Numbered from the stretch's first letter, positions 1 through 13,394 are shown. The stretch is 64,000 bases of DNA from Octopus sinensis (GCF_006345805.1 NC_043007.1:55986001-56050000), one strand, 5' to 3'. The notes: generated by a model not told the origin, from the sequence alone. Numbers and translations are program-made.

Positions 1-480
1 GGCAAAGTCGACCTCGGCGGAATTTGAACTCACAACATAACGTAAAGGCAGACGAAATACCTATTTCTTTATTACCCACAAGGGGCTAAACACAGAGCGG
101 ACAAACAAGGACAGACATAGGTATTAAGTCGATTACATCGACCCCAGTGCGTAACTGATACTTATTTAATCGACCCTGAAAGGATGAAAGGCAAAGTCGA
201 CCTCGGCGGAATTTGAACTCACAACATAACGTAAAGGCAGACGAAATACCTATTTCTTTATTACCCACAAGGGGCTAAACACAGAGCGGACAAACAAGGA
301 CAGACATAGGTATTAAGTCGATTACATCGACCCCAGTGCGTAACTGGTACTTAATTTATCGACCCCGAAAGGATGAAAGGCAAAGTCGACCTCGGCGGAA
401 TTTGAACTCACAACATAACACAGACGAAATACCGCTACGCATTTCGCCCGGCGTGCTAACGTTTCTGCCAGCTCTCCGCC
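1..480 (-). mobile_element. tRNA-derived SINE (family M), multimer with at least 2 internal 189-bp units, running off the window start
   Basis: GGCAAAGTCGACCTCGG recurs at 1, 190 and 379. The minus strand reads a head GGCGGAGAGCTGGCAGAAACGTTAGCAC, B-box-like GAGTTCAAATTCC, and central CCTTTCATCCTTTCGGGGTCGATAAA..AAGTACCAG, which resembles a conserved SINE superfamily domain (Meta type). Confidence 0.85.
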
Positions 481-500
481 TTTTCGCAGTATTAAATATA

Positions 501-712
501 TTGGTTTCAAATTTTGGTACAAGGCTAGCAATTTTCGGGGTAGGGGTCTAGTCGATTATAGCTGCTCCAGAGCTCGACATGTACTTATTTTATCGACGCC
601 AAAAAGATAAAAAGCAAGGTCGACTTCAGCGGAATTTGAACTCAACGTAAAGCTAGAAGAAATGCAGCTAAGCATTTTATTCGTCGGGCTAACGATTCTG
701 ATTGCTTACTGC
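501..712 (-). mobile_element. SINE family M, diverged monomer
   Basis: Same head, B-box and central domain, with the CCTTGTACCAAAATTTGAAACC-type tail; preceded by (AAC)/(AAT) tracts. Confidence 0.75.
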
Positions 713-751
713 CTTCATAGTAATAATTACAACAACAACAACAACAACAAC

Positions 752-784
<33 letters not shown>

Positions 785-785
<1 letters not shown>

Positions 786-1339
786 CCCTGATGCAGTACC
801 AGGCAGTGGCTCTCATGGCTTCTGATCTTAACTGATTGGAAGCGTTATCATGTACATTGTTTTGTCTTGGTATAAAAGATGGGCTACAGCAAATATTCTG
901 CTCAATACCACGGATTTGCTTGTCAGTTGTTTGACCTTAACCAGTTGAGCATGTCCCTTAGTGGCTGACGATATGTGCATCTCTGATCACGAGCAGAAGT
1001 AGTGAGGGAGCATCATAGCCATGTGTTGAGAGGGATTCTTTGGGGATTTGAATAATTCACCTCTGGAGACATGGGTGGTTTTTTCAACATCCTTAAACAA
1101 CCTTTATTCAGGGACCGTTTGAGCGGGATGGGCTACTCAACCTGAAGAAAATTCTAACTGGGCCCCACCTGCAAGGTCATGTGCAGTTTATCTTGATATG
1201 AGATCACCATGTCGCGTACATATGGTTGTGATGCATGTGCCTGGTGTACCTTTATCAGACGGGTAGTCATGATGGGTATATTGGGCTTCGTATATTTTAC
1301 CCCAGTGTCACTTTGATGGCATGAACTGCTCTCTCACTC
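785..1339 (+). mobile_element. 555-bp non-coding interspersed element inserted in (AAT)n
   Basis: Starts GCCCTGATGCAGTACCAGGCAGTGGCTC and ends GCTCTCTCACTC, with (AAT)n on both sides. Near-identical inverted copies at 22340, 22919 and 47522. Confidence 0.85.
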
Positions 1340-1390
<51 letters not shown>

Positions 1391-1596
1391 TCTTTCTAAT
1401 ATAGACTGAAATTTTCGTGGGAGGGGGCTAGTCGATTTTATCGACACCAGTGCTCAACTGATACTTATTTCATCGTCTCAGAAACGATGAAAGTTAAAGC
1501 CGACCTCGTTAGAATTTGAATGAAGAACGTAAAGCCACAATAAATGTCATTAATCATATTGACCAGCATGCTAACAATTCTTCTTGCTCGCCACCT
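1391..1596 (-). mobile_element. SINE family M, diverged monomer
   Basis: Homologous to the other family M copies (central domain, AGAATTTGAA B-box region, GCTCGCCACC head). Confidence 0.7.
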
Positions 1597-1617
1597 TAAT
1601 AAGAATCAACAACAACA

Positions 1618-1648
<31 letters not shown>

Positions 1649-1654
1649 ATACTA

Positions 1655-2232
1655 ATCCTTTCTATTATAGGCACTAGGATGCAGCTTGAGAGGAGGGGAT
1701 AGTCGCTCACATCGACCCCAGTGTTTCACTGCTAATTAATTTATCGACCCCGAAAGGATGAAATGCAAAGTCGACCTCGGCGGAATTTGAACTCAGAACG
1801 TAGCGGCAGAAAACATGCCTATTTCTTTACTACCCACAAGGGGCTAAACACAGAGGGGACAAACAAGGACAGACAAACAGATTAAGTCGATTACATCGAC
1901 TCCAGTGCGTAACTGGTACTTATTTAATCGACCTCGAAAGGATGAAAGGCAAAGTCGTCCTCGGCGGAATTTGAACTCAGAACATAGCGGCAGAAAAAAT
2001 ACCTAATTCTTTATTACCCACAAGGGGCTAAACACAGAGGGGACAGACAAGGACAGACATAGGTATTAAGTCGATTACATCGACCCCAGTGCATAACTGG
2101 TACTTAATTTATCGACCCCGAAAGGATGAAAGGCAAAGTCGACCTCGGCGGAATTTGAACTCACAACGTAACGCAGACGAAATACCGCTAAGCATTTCGC
2201 CCGGCGTGCTAACGTTTCTGCCAGCTCGCGGC
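1655..2232 (-). mobile_element. SINE family M, trimer (two internal units plus terminal tail)
   Basis: Three central domains, at about 1745, 1930 and 2113, separated by CCCACAAGGGGCTAAACACAGAG spacers. Confidence 0.85.
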
Positions 2233-2252
2233 ATTACTACTAACGATAATAA

Positions 2253-2465
2253 TGATTTCAAATTTTGGCACAAGACTAACAATTCCGGGGTAGGAGTAAG
2301 TCGATCACATAGTACCCCAGTGCCCAACTGGTACTTAGTTTATCAGCCTCGAAATGACAAAAGGCATAGTAGACCTCGGCGGAATTTAAACTCAGAACGG
2401 AAAGCGGACGAAATATTACTAAGCATTTTGCCTAGCGTGCTAAGGGTTCTGTCAGCTCATCGCCT
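2253..2465 (-). mobile_element. SINE family M, monomer
   Basis: Head GGCGATGAGCTGACAGAACCCTTAGCAC, central domain and tail. Confidence 0.75.
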
Positions 2466-2496
2466 CACTACTACTACTACTACTACTACTACCACA

Positions 2497-2543
<47 letters not shown>

Positions 2544-2544
2544 A

Positions 2545-2614
<70 letters not shown>

Positions 2615-2615
2615 T
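2466..2615. repeat. (ACT)n microsatellite forming the 3' flank of a Tx1-like LINE
   Basis: About 50 ACT units with two ACCACAACC interruptions. Confidence 0.95.
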
Positions 2616-5600
2616 ACTTACCACTAAAGTTTCACAAAAGCATTGGAGACGGTACAGGAAACACAATGTGAGGTCACACAAAGAAGCTTACAAAAAGTAA
2701 AAACGATAACAATACAAATTCCAACAACGAAAAATTTCCCAAAAGGCGACTTCCTAGGGCTGCTCGTAGAAACCCCACAAAACCACTGATGTCCTGACTA
2801 CTAGGGCAAATGCCCTTTCCAGATCGTCTTCCTTCAATCTACATGTGCATGCTTAGAGTTGGCCTGTTCACTCGAACCAATCTTGCTGCATTCACGCAGC
2901 TTTCAACAAAGTAGCTGGAAGTATGCACTTCCCTCTCTACCTGCACCTTCCTTTTCAGGTGGAACTTGAAAATGTTGATGAGGGCTAGACTAAAGTGGAA
3001 AGTATCTGTCTTCAGCACTTTCAATCGGGTCCACCACAGAACCTCTTTAGCAAAGGCTAGCAGGTAAATGGACAATGTCTGCTCTTCCGGGCTAAACGAA
3101 GGCGGCGGGACGATTTTCACAATAGAATCAACCGAAAACCGCATCCGTCATGCACGTGACAGCATGAAGAACAGTTTCATCGCTCGGGCATCTCCTCGCT
3201 CTGCGTGCATCTCGGATACTTCCATGCCTGTAGGGTTTGTACCAAACTGGCAATAGTCCCAGAGATTTCTGGAAATTATCCATCGGTTCCTGAAAGAAGG
3301 TCCTCCAAAATAGACCAACCAGTTAATTCTCGTTGACGCCCAGAGCTTTCTTGAGAGCGACGTCGGACTTCTACACCATTATGCTCTATAGAACGCCAAA
3401 TTGAACTTCCACAGACCGCACTGGTTGACTGACAGAAGGCCCACTGACTTTTCTACGGTAATTTTTACTCCTGTCACCAGCTACTATTCTCTTAGAGCAG
3501 CATCGATCAAGGCCATATGCCTAGTGTTCGACACTATGAAGGTGACGTCTTCCACATATGCTGACACCTTTAATTTCCGTTGTAGTGGCTCTAGTAGAGC
3601 CACTTGTAGAGTTAGTACATGCAGAAGGAATGGGAGGGGACACTGTTGACGGACCAATTACATGATGCTGAATGCCTCCGATAAGTAACCACTCACCTGG
3701 ACTACCGAGCAGATATCGCTGTACATTGAGGCAATCCAACCACGGAAAACAGGACTGAAACCGGCCGCGGTGAGAACGGCAGCCAAGTAGAGGTGGTCGA
3801 CCTTATCGATTGGTACATATCGATCAGGATTCCATTTATGCCAGCTCTTTTGCCCACCCTGTCTATTATGTATCTCATGAGGTAGAAGTCGTCGTGGATG
3901 GATCTGCTTGGGATGGCGCATGTTTGTGCATCATCAATCATTTCCTCGACGACAAGCGCCAACCTCTTTGCTAACACTTTGGCTAACCACTTTGCTAACA
4001 CCTTGGCGTTGAAGAATTGGTCCAGGGCTAATCTTGCTACGCGCATGTCGGTCGCGATACCTTTCTTAAGCGCCTCTTTTAAGTTTCTAAGTTTTCCTTT
4101 ATTCTATTTCCTTCTATCGCTAATGCCTTACTAAGCCCAACTGATTCTACTTTAATTGCCCTTTTCGGGCATTCATCTTTTGTTGTTGACATTTGACCCT
4201 GTCACTGCCCGCTTAAATAAGTTGCTAAGCCGGTCTCCGTAAGCTTGGCACGCCAGGGGTGACGCGTTCAGCTTCCAATAACTGGGTCCCTACCTACAAA
4301 ACCTACCGTGCAGATTACAAATTTGCGGTCTGTGTCGCCAATGATTTTAAATAGTGGACAATTTATGCTATCCTTATCTACTAACCTACAGACTACTCTA
4401 TCTAGATACGATCTTGATGACCTGATGCAGTTCGTCCATGTCCAGATAATACATCCGAGAAACCTGTCAGTATTGTCAGTTGAGAACGTCTGAGCAGGTT
4501 GGCGAATCTTTAGCACCCCTCTTTTTTAACATCTAGTCCCACACAATCTAAACGCACATCCAAGATGGTGTTCCAGTTGACTATAAGACGTTTGAAGATA
4601 CCCGGCTATCCCGCTCCTGTCGGAGCAAAAATAGCCACCACTCCGATAGCACCCCGTCGCTACTGTTCACATCCAAGACCACTAACTTGCCTTCTGGGTC
4701 CAGGAAGATGGCTCTTATCTTGAGATCCAGAACTTTCCGGAAAAACACCACAATTCCATCCTTACTCTATTTCCAGTTGACATGGAAATAAATAAATGTC
4801 GTATCCACCGAAAATGGGAATGAAAGCTTGTCGATTAGAAAGTCTGGTTTCACTGATAGCCATGACATCTATACTGAGATAACTGAGTAGGTAACCCTCT
4901 TTCCAAGGCGACCTCAGGCTGCGTGCATTTATACTTCTTATTCTGAGAAAGGCCATGTTTGTCAGAGAGAAGGAGTGTGAAGCGAATCACTCTAATTCTC
5001 TGCGGAGACAGGCGTTCTGTCCTGGCTATTTATAAGGTGTAATTGAAGATGCCTTGGGAGTAATGTTCATGTTTGTTTGGATTACTATCTGTTTTCGTTT
5101 GTCGAGGTGTTTGCAATGTTAGTGATGTTTATAGTGTTGGAGATGTTTGTAGTTGTGTTGGTGTAGAATGTGCGTGTGTGAGATGGTTTGTTGGCTCTGT
5201 GTCTCCTCCAATTTTTTTTCGCTTCTAATCTTGTACCGCACTTTTCATGTTTATAATTTGCTTCTTTTCCCTTCTTCAGGATCCATTCTGGTGGTTTTCT
5301 TCTAAAATATTTTACTCGCTAAACGAATTTTCACAGTCGAAGAAATCTGTGGCAGTGGTGAAAGGTATGCCTGCACACTCACGCATTTCTAAGCTGGTGG
5401 TTTGGTTGATTTGTGTGGGTGAAGCTTCTCTCAGTTGCGATGGTACAGGGAATGTTAATTTTTTTGCTCGAATGTGGTACAGGTGCATGCCTGTACCACA
5501 TTTTGTTGTTGAATATATCTTTATCTTTCCTGTTGTTCCTTCTTTTGATGCTGTTAGTATTTTGGATGCTGCTGCTTCAGGCACAGAAGCTGTTGGTGCT

Positions 5601-6500
5601 GTTTTTGTTTCTTTTGATGCTGATGTCGTGAAAGAGGAATCTGCAGCATCGAGGGTTTTCTTTCTTTGCATGGGGCAGAAAACCTGTAAGTGGTTTGTTT
5701 CACCATAAATGTGGCATCTCGGCCTTTTGCCCTCGACTACTACGAACAGCTGTGTATACACTTCTGTTGGTATCTTTTCCACCTTTACTTTAACCGCCTT
5801 CCGACCGAGGTATGTTGGGATTATCCACAATTCTTCACTTTTGAGGGTTATTGTTGCACTTTCCTTGGCTTTTTCTTCAATTGAGAATCTCACCTCAACT
5901 GTACCTAAGTGTCTTCCTCAAGTGACATAAACTTTGATTCTACCAGACTTGATCTTAGGCATTTTTCGATCCGGCTTATGTAGCCCACTCCAGTTTCCTG
6001 GCCTTTGATGAAATACACTTGTTGACAATAGCTTTTTTTTTCTATTATCATTTTGTATTTCCTTTGGCGTGTTTAGAAATAATGTTCTCTCGTTCTTTGT
6101 TAAGTGCGCTTTGGCGTCATTTAACATATTTTCCTACGCGTCAAGTTTCTCCAGTCGACAGCACGCTTGTGCGAAACCATTTCCATTCAGTTGTTTCCGG
6201 TGTGTTAATGTTTGTGTTGGTTATAGTGGAGGTGGGTGATGGTGGTGGAGGTGCTGGAGGTGGGTTGATGGCAGTGGAAGTGCTGGAGGTGGCAGTGTTC
6301 TTGCTCGTATTGTTGTTGCTTGTTGTCATTGTTCTCTTTTGTTGTCCCTGTGACGGTCAAGACGGTGTTGAAATTTTTAGCAGCGGAAAATAAACATCAT
6401 ACTTACCCCGTGCTGTGTTGTTATTGCTGTTGTTGTTGTTACTGCTGCTGCTGTCATTGAAATGACATGTTTTCTGTTCCGTTGTGCAGATAGCTGGCTA
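2616..6500 (-). mobile_element. Degenerate, near full-length Tx1/L1-clade non-LTR retrotransposon (ORF1 + APE-RT ORF2) with internal deletion
   Basis: ORF1 relic with FVVVEGKRPRCHIYGETNHLQVFCP zinc knuckle (5312-5893). ORF2 starts at 4956 with INARSLR..DVMAISETRL (APE endonuclease). RT segments AKVLAKRLALVV..QTCAIPSRSIHD and KVDHLYLAAVLTAAGFSPVFRGWI. C-terminus KEVLWWTRLK..HLKRKVQVERE (2839-3144). The 3' end AGTAAA abuts (GTA)n. The 5' limit is approximate. Confidence 0.85.
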
Positions 6501-6717
6501 TTCAGTTCAGCGGACGAACAATCTGCATCCACCATCATTCTTTTTTTAAGCAAAAATTGGTGGGCGTGTTTGCTAAATAAAGCCCAATTTAATCCCTATG
6601 GACTACAGATGGAGAAAACTTATTAGCTATCTAATGTTCAATATACAACTTGGTGTAGCAATAGAAATAATAACTAACTTATGGAAGCGATATACATTAC
6701 GTGTCGATAGACAAAAT

Positions 6718-6905
6718 AAAAATGATAATCTTTTCTACTATAGGCACGAAGGCTCAAATTTTGTGGGCGGGGGTTATTCGATGACTGGTACTTATTTCAT
6801 TAACCTCGAAAAGATGAAAAATGGAATATAAACTCATAATTTAAAGTTGGAAGAAATGCCATTAATCATATTATCCGGCATACTAACTATTCTACCAGTT
6901 CGCCT
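6718..6905 (-). mobile_element. SINE family M, diverged monomer
   Basis: GACTGGTACTTATTTCATTAACCTCGAAAAGATGAAA central domain and CCAGTTCGCCTCC head. Confidence 0.65.
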
Positions 6906-6984
6906 CCTTGATAATAATAATAATAATAATAATAATAATATAATAATAATAATAATAATAATAATTATTATTATTATTATTATT

Positions 6985-7381
6985 CCTACTCTAGGTACAA
7001 GGCTTTGAAAATCTTTTGGTGATGGGGGCTAGTCGATTACATCGATCCCAGTTGCGTAACTGGTACTTATTTTCATTGATCCCGAAAGGATGAAAGGCAA
7101 AGTCAAGCTCGGCGGAATTTGAACTTAGAACGTAGCGGCAGACGAAATACCTATTTCTTTACTACCCACAAGGGGCTAAACACAGAAGGGACAAACAAGG
7201 ACAGGCAAACGGATTAAGTCGATTATATAGACCCCAGTGCATAACTGGTACTTATTTAATCGACCCCGAAAGGATGAAAGGCAAAGTTGACCTCGACGGA
7301 ATTTGAACTCAGAACGTAAAGACGGACAAAATACTACTAAGCATTTCGCCCGGCGCGCTAACGTTTCTGCAGCTCACCGCC
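6985..7381 (-). mobile_element. SINE family M, dimer
   Basis: Two central domains joined by the GAAATACCTATTTCTTT junction at about 7145-7160. Confidence 0.85.
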
Positions 7382-7659
7382 TTAATGATAATAATAATAA
7401 TAATAACAACAACAATAATAATAATAATAACAACAACAACAACATTAATAGTTTCTAATATGGTGGATTAGAATATATTCTAATATAGGTCTCTCTATTG
7501 AGAATCCAAGTGAATTTTTACACGTGAAATTAACGTGCAAGCAGTTGAGTTTTCTGCCGTGTAGCAGTTGAAGCAATTCGCGAGTTTCAGGCAGTATGTA
7601 AAAAAGACAGGAGGTTTAAATTATAGACATTTCAGAGTTAACTGGCTAAGTAGCTAGTT

Positions 7660-7871
7660 AGTTATATATGTAGATAAATGGATACATAGATCGATTGGTA
7701 GCTGGATAAATAGCTGGATAGATAGATATAATTAGACAGGTATAGATATAGATTGATACGGTAAGACAGATATAAAAAGATACGTATAGATAGAAAGATA
7801 TAAATGAACAGGCAGACAGAGAGACAAAAAGATAGACAGACAGATAGACATACAGATAGATAGATAGATAT

Positions 7872-7939
<68 letters not shown>

Positions 7940-8100
7940 AAAGACACATAGATAAACAGACAGATAATCAGACAGAGACGTCGATAGCTAGACAGGCAAA
8001 CAGATAGAAAGATTGTAATATAAATGGAAAGTGTGGGAGAGAGAGGGTGAGAGAGGAGAGAGGGAGAGAGATAGAGAGAAAGAGAGAAAGAGAGAGGAAA
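7660..8100. repeat. (GATA)n / (GACA)n / (GA)n compound microsatellite
   Basis: Direct inspection. Confidence 0.9.
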
Positions 8101-9139
8101 TGGTCACTGCAGATGACATGTATTGTGTTTATTGATTCTTAAAGGATGAAGCACTAATATGACCTTAACGAGATTTTAACTCAGAATGCAGACAGACGTA
8201 TCGAATATCGCAAAGTATCACCACCTTGATTCCTTATACTATAGTAAACACCGAACTGATTATATTGGCCCCTTACTGTACTGGTCCCTATTTTATCGAT
8301 CCTCTGAAGGATGACATGCAATGTCAATGTTGGTGGGATTTGAACACCCGTCGCTTTATTTCAGTGAGGTCGAGGAAATTGATTAACTTGCTCTTACGTT
8401 GACATTACTGTTCCTAAAGTATTATTGCTTAAGTTGAATCAGAGATGTGGAAGGAAAGTGTATGTAATAGCTTAAATTATTTCTGATATAGGTTCTAAAG
8501 CCGTATTTTTTAGGGTTATGAGAAACAGGTATATAGAAGTTGATCCTTTTCTTTGATGGACATTGCTATTTGTACCTATTGATGACATATCGTATTAATG
8601 GATATTAATACCATTTCCCTTTATACATTACTAAAATATCTCGAGAGATGAAAGGGAAATTAGCAGTGCAAGGAAATGTCTCATGAACTCCTCGGAGCGT
8701 TTGAGAAAGAGCATGGATTATCTGAATTATTATGACATGGCGTGGATGAGAAATAGGTATCCTTCAAGTTATGATAATTGTCTATTGTAGTTAGCATTCG
8801 TATGTGTGGTTTATTAACTATTTCTAACAACTACGTGAACTGAAGTAATACAGGATTAAGTTTCAGTTGAAATATTTCGTTAGATATCTTCAGTGATTAG
8901 AAAGCAGTTCTTGTATTGGGAACTGGATGTGGGTGGGTAAATAGATTATCACCAGGACCATTTTCTTCTGCACAACTTAACCTATTGCAATAAATTGAAA
9001 TTGAAATGGTGTCAACTGAGAATCAAAATGCTGTTCTGAGCTTGACTTAAGAAAAAATTCTGATTTACGAAGCTTATCACTTTTACCTTACGTTTCTTAT
9101 TTAAAGCCATTTATCTTAAATAATTTTAACCACAACAAC

Positions 9140-9152
9140 AACAATAACAACA

Positions 9153-9218
<66 letters not shown>

Positions 9219-9284
9219 GCTACTACTACAACAACAACTACTACTACTACTACCACTACTACTACTACTACTGCTACTACTACA

Positions 9285-9357
<73 letters not shown>
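9140..9357. repeat. (ACT)n microsatellite
   Basis: Direct inspection. Confidence 0.95.
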
Positions 9358-11469
9358 AGTAAGGATCAATAAAACAACAGACTGTAGAAATTCTGTCAAA
9401 TTGTCAGCAAGCCAAAATAATTTACAACCTATAGTAATGTAATAAAATATGTGTATGTGAAAGTATATATAATACATTTTTAGCCAATCAACAAATTCCA
9501 TTAACAATTTCGTGGTTATTTGATATTAAATATGCTGCGTGTTTCATGGTATTTTCTTCTACTTAAAATGTACCACAGCAGCAACGTCAGTTTATTAAGT
9601 CTTATTTTTAAGTAGCTTTACTCAGTGATTAGTAAGTTCAAGTGGAGAGTTCACTTTTACCTGATGAAACAGCTGGGAAATAAGCAGAAGCCGTTTTCTC
9701 CTAGGAACAAGAACTACAAGCATTTCAGTTATTCAACAGTAAGTTTAGAAACTGTAGAAGCTAACTGCAGTTGCACACCACAACAAAGAACTATTATATA
9801 AAGATCCAACCGTAAAATGATCATATACACAAACGAGCCTAGACCAATTATACAAAGAATCCCCAAACTAGACATTGAACAGTTTTTGTTTGTAGAAATG
9901 TATTATGTAAAAAGGTAACAGGAAGATAAACGAGGGATTATAGAATGTGATGATTTTTTGCTTTGAGAAATTAGAACAATTTCCAGTAACGCATGAAATA
10001 ATTCCTAAAAACAAGTAGAATGTAAAAAAATACAAACTGACTAAAAATACAAACCAGACTGACTAATGTCTTGTAGTCATGGCAACGCCTTTTTTTGTCG
10101 TGTGCATAAACATGTTCAGTTGACGACAAAAGGTGAAGAGTGACTCAAATTTGATATTTATTGAATATATCACCTAATATAAGCAGCAAAAATCATGCGA
10201 GCCAGAACAACCATGTGAATAATTCAAAAAGACGAAGATTGTCCGAAGATTGCCATTCAGCAACCTGAAATTCACGTTATAAAGCTTGTGAGATTGTAAC
10301 TTTGAACATGTATTGAGTACTCTTATTGATTGAACAACTTGTAACAATCTGTTAAACACTCACTTGCACGGGGCTGGAAATAAAAGGGCTTGTGTTTAAA
10401 GCTTTGGATTACCTATAGATTGATTGTTTGTTATAGGTAATTTATAATTTGTTTGCCCTAATGTATCTAATGTTGGGGAATATACAAATGAAAATAATAC
10501 ATGCTTTGCCTAACATTCTATTGCCAAAACTTTGCTGTATCAAATGTGAAGCGTTGTCTTCATACGTTCTTTAGGATTGAAGAGTTATTTATAATTTTTT
10601 ATCATCATAAGTATGTATACGCAGATATTTTCAGTAAAACACGAAGATATAATCATGTAAATTTATACGGTCTTATACAAGGAACTATTTCTGGACGTAC
10701 AGAAAAAAAGATTCACTAGAAAAAAGATATAAAATAAGTAAAGTAACAAACATTGACATTATCAAAATACAAAAAGTTTGATCAAGCGAAATAACCAATT
10801 CTATAAGAACTTAAAAACTAAATTAATCAAAAGAAGTTCTGAAATATATAATAATGTAGGAAATACACTATTTGCCCGAGAGAAAGGATAATCAATTCAA
10901 CAAATATAAATGAGAACTAAAAAAAAATAGCATAACAAAAATATGCTTAAAAACAATTGAAACAAAACAAGATGCTTAAGGAAGATATAATGTTGTCTGT
11001 TGAGAGCAGTAGAACAAAACTATAGAAATATAAAAGATAGTTTCAAAGGAGAAAATTGATGAATTTTTTGGAAAAGTAAAACAAAAAACAGAAAAAAAAT
11101 AATGCCCCGATTATAAGGCAAATTGAAAAAGTAGAAAACACTCATAAATTTCACACGTTCACAATAAAAAATATTTTAAGATTCGTTGCTACATACATGA
11201 AATATTGCATAATGTAGCTTAGCATTTATGACTGAACCATTACATCAGAAGAAGTGATGCATGGAATGGTAAATGGAAACTACTCTTTGTAGACAAAATT
11301 CAGTACTTCTAGATAACACAAATTTATAGGAAGTTACACCAGGTAACATTATACCACCATCTCTGTAATATTAGCTATATCAGTCGAGTAACCTCAAGTA
11401 ATGTTAAGAAGTTTCAACCAGACACATTCGATATTGTTCTAAGTTTTATTATGTATTATAAATTTTCTT

Positions 11470-11830
11470 TTACTTGTTTTAGTCATTGGACAGTGATTCT
11501 ATAAGGGCCCCGCCTTGAACGGTTTAGTCGAACGAAATGACCCCAGTTCTTAATCATTTTTTAAAAGGCTAGTACATATTTCATTATCTCCTTTTGTTGC
11601 GCTAAGTTATAAGGGCGTATTCAAAATAATACCGATTGTTAAGAGTAGAGTGGGAGCAACACAAGCATAAAAGCACCCCCATACACTCATAATGGACTCC
11701 CACACAGCTTGCGTCTACTAAATTTTCTTACAAGAGATTAGTCAGTCTAGGGCGTTAGTAGAAGGCACTTGCCCAAGGTGCCACGCTGGGACTAAAGTTG
11801 CAAAGTGAGCTTCTTGACCCCACGCGCGCG
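11470..11830 (-). mobile_element. Diverged CORE-type tRNA SINE (OR2-like)
   Basis: Plus strand GGCACTTGCCCAAGGTGCCACGCTGGGACT is the reverse complement of the CORE-like GGCACCTTGGGCAAGTG motif; the tail resembles the other copies. Confidence 0.65.
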
Positions 11831-13264
11831 CTCGCAAAAAGGCTTGGAAGGGCTACGGATGCAGTTTTTCTTCGTCTTCTATTCTATGATGTCTCACCTC
11901 ATGCTTATATTTGTTTTGAAGCTATTTGTAGAGTATAAAGGGAGAAAGAGGAATAACATTATTTTAATAGGCACGACTTTGCAACCTGAGTTCGAATACC
12001 GCTGAACACAACATTGCTTTTGTCCTTTCAGAGTTGATAATAAAGTACAAATGCAGTGGACTGGCAGAATTGTAGAAATGTTGGACGGGATGCGTTGCAA
12101 TATTTCCCCAGTCTCTGCCTTCTGAATTCAAATACCACCATGGCCCACTCGTGTAGTAGTCCTAGTCGCTCCCCACCTCATCACCTGGTATTTTTGATGT
12201 TTTTCGTAGAATCCACTCTGATGTAAGCATTGGGGCCAGGTTTTCGATTTGAGGATATCTTCTTTCCGTTCTCCCTACCAGACACAGAAGCCTTGTAAAG
12301 GGTAATGAGCTATGTCTTCCCGTATGGTTAAAAGGTAAAACAAGAAAGAATAAATAAAATGAAGTTATTAAATTAGGTATGTCATTTGTTGTTTTGAAAA
12401 AAGATAAAAAGAAAGAGTCTTTGAATTAATTTCCCAGTGACATAAACCTTTCCAAAAGGAAATTTCCAGGCAGCATCTCAGATCTGCTGGTTTGTAATTT
12501 TTTTCATAAGCTTTTCAACAATTCTTTCAAAAATTTTTTAGTAGATTTATGTTCGCAATTGCAAACAAATACACTACATTCTCTTTGATGCTGTATTGAA
12601 CATCCATATATCAGGCAGAGTCACGGAACCAAGAAAGAACTTTATCATTTAACAACATTCCCATGACGTCAGAACAACCATCTCCATATCATTAGGTTCC
12701 AGCAAAACTTATAATTATGTTGAGAGAGATGAAAGTGTACCCTGCAGTGTTATTATACACAAGGACAGGATGAATAAGAAATATAAAAGTCAGACTTAAT
12801 AGCGGGCTTTATAAAGTAAAAATTATGCTCCTGGGGAGTTGAGACTGTAACCTGGCTTTTAGTCTCGATTGAAGCCATTTAACCTTGTTTACAACTATTT
12901 CTTCAGATAAAGATCTAAACATTATACAATGAATTTATGGTCTTATTCCAAACTAACAAATCAATATTACAGCAGACATAAAAGTGGTGGAAATGGCTAA
13001 CAAAGGAGTGTGCCTAGGTTAATGCATTACAGAATTTGGTTCGATTATTCTAAATTCTTACTGGAAATCACCACAGGTTCTAATTTGATTTATTTTCAGG
13101 GGCTTAATAAAATAAAACCAAGTAAAATGTTCATGTAAATTGAATTAACTACAACTCCTATAAAATATTGTCTTCGTCACTAAAGAAGTCACTAAAAATG
13201 TCAAAGGTGTCCTTTAAATATTTCTGCACGGTTTGATAAAGTCATAGTACCAGAAGCATTCATA

Positions 13265-13288
13265 TTATTATCAATATATATATTATAT

Positions 13289-13359
<71 letters not shown>

Positions 13360-13360
13360 G

Positions 13361-13394
<34 letters not shown>

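Noticed and set aside
1-480. Regularly spaced repeats resembling a CRISPR array or satellite
   Set aside because: The whole 189-bp unit repeats with no unique spacers, and it is SINE sequence.
785-1130. HDV-like ribozyme at the 5' end of the 555-bp element
   Set aside because: I could not find a consistent P1/P1.1/P3 pairing by eye, so it is left as a hypothesis only.
6401-6570. Minus-strand GG|GTAAGT donor with upstream CCAAT and GC box, suggesting a host first exon
   Set aside because: It lies where the Tx1 ORF1 N-terminus and 5' UTR are expected, so it cannot be separated from the LINE.
8400-9100. 52-codon open frame (SARKCLMNSSERLRKSMDYLNYYDMAW) and faint retroelement-like peptides
   Set aside because: No good acceptor and no recognisable family; probably an old TE relic.
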